This document shows, piece by piece, positions 63,101-64,000 of a stretch of DNA of 64,000 nt. The notes beneath the pieces were generated by a model. That model worked only from the letters and a program-made list of their open reading frames with translations, did not search any database and was not told the DNA's origin. This DNA comes from Fimbriosthenelais zetlandica (taxonomy: Eukaryota). The position numbers and the translations under genes are program-made. How positions within the stretch are numbered: position 1 is the first letter of the stretch; each line of letters starts with the position of its first letter. Location: the NCBI GenBank assembly GCA_977030845.1, contig OZ365109.1, positions 41,106,001-41,170,000 on the forward strand. The letters run 5' to 3'.

Positions 63101-63676
63101 TATATTTAGCTATAATATGTACAGGGTATTATTAAATATAGTACTACATACCTTACTAAAAAATTGAAATATTGATCTATATAAATTATGCTGCTGTGGT
63201 AAAGGTTATCCAAACCAGAAGCAAAATATTAGATTTTGCCAATAATTTTCCATGGTAATTGTTGCCAAATACCGACTTAAATTTGAATGTGAAATATTTT
63301 ATTTTAAACTTTTTAGGAAGCACCGTACCAGGTGGACCTGTCGGAGGGCAAACAAGAGTGACACTTAGAAACGAACACTTATCATACATATTTACTTGGT
63401 GAGTTTTAGTTAATTGATTTGACAGAAATTTGTACTTTATTGTGTTATTTCTCTCGATCTGTATAATACTATTCGATGGAAAAATTAACAATTAACAATA
63501 AATTTCAAGGGTTCGCTTATTTGATCCAATCGTATTAATTTATCTGAAAGTTACAAATTTCCATAGTTTAAATGTTCGCAAATAATGCATTGTATCACTA
63601 AATTAATATACTTTCTTTTAGGTATTCATTGTCTGCAATAACAACATTCATGTGGGCCAAAAAATACATGAAATAA
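60165..63676 (+). CDS. SURF1: Surfeit locus protein 1 (cytochrome c oxidase assembly factor), ~285 aa, 9 exons
   Basis: Exons 60165-60212, 61350-61478, 61792-61913, 62156-62341, 62521-62593, 62761-62808, 62925-63039, 63317-63398, 63622-63676 (858 nt, in frame). Signatures [60 protein letters not shown]. The first two exons are less certain. Confidence 0.95.
60516..61274. mobile_element. 759-bp non-autonomous DNA transposon (MITE) in SURF1 intron 1
   Basis: 14-bp TIRs GGTATGTGACAAAA / TTTTGTCACATACC flanked by a 3-bp direct repeat TAC. Confidence 0.8.
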
Positions 63677-64000
63677 TTAGGTAGACGTGTGGATAAATTG
63701 CCTTAGGTCATGTAGGTACTAATTAGTTTCTGTTTTTGTATATAAAATTATGAAGTTTCCGTATATAAAATGAACAATTCTGTTCGAAACAATGAACTGT
63801 CCGATAGGTGAGGTTTTCCTAAACGTGATGCGACCTCAAAATCTTATTGCTATTTAAAAAAAAATATTTTGTTAAAAATAAAAGAATTACTTCCAACAAA
63901 GTTCCATTTTTATTAAGTGTTTTACAATAATAAAATAGATAAAATTGAAGACAATAATAAGCCTGTGAAATTATGAATATACATGATGAAACATCAGAGT

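Overview
AT-rich, intron-containing animal genomic DNA, probably a marine invertebrate deuterostome such as an echinoderm (inference). No bacterial features and no CRISPR. Left to right: (1) a possible first exon/promoter of a leftward gene near 3.5 kb; (2) the 3' 12 exons of a CLC chloride transporter (+, 6790-16995), whose 5' half I could not find in the window; (3) a 22-24 exon gene (-, 44638-23104) for an approximately 1.1k-aa intracellular protein with armadillo-like repeats, three FN3 domains and a low-complexity tail; (4) a tandem cluster of three BTB genes on the - strand; (5) a complete 9-exon SURF1 (+, 60165-63676), head-to-head with the last BTB gene. The cluster is the highlight. 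Copy A is a canonical BTB + 7xC2H2 gene. Copies B and C lost the C-terminal finger array through a shared frameshifting deletion. Instead they carry, in intron 1, a spliceable phase-0/phase-0 two-exon zinc-knuckle/C2H2 cassette that resembles, from my recollection, the N-terminus of Zisupton/KDZ-type DNA transposases. This gives an inverted ZnF-then-BTB architecture with intact reading frames in both diverged copies. Introns hold tRNA-derived SINEs, MITE/foldback elements and dispersed 21-bp arrays. All exon models were hand-derived from GT-AG sites and frame continuity; family names come from motif recognition, not database searches.
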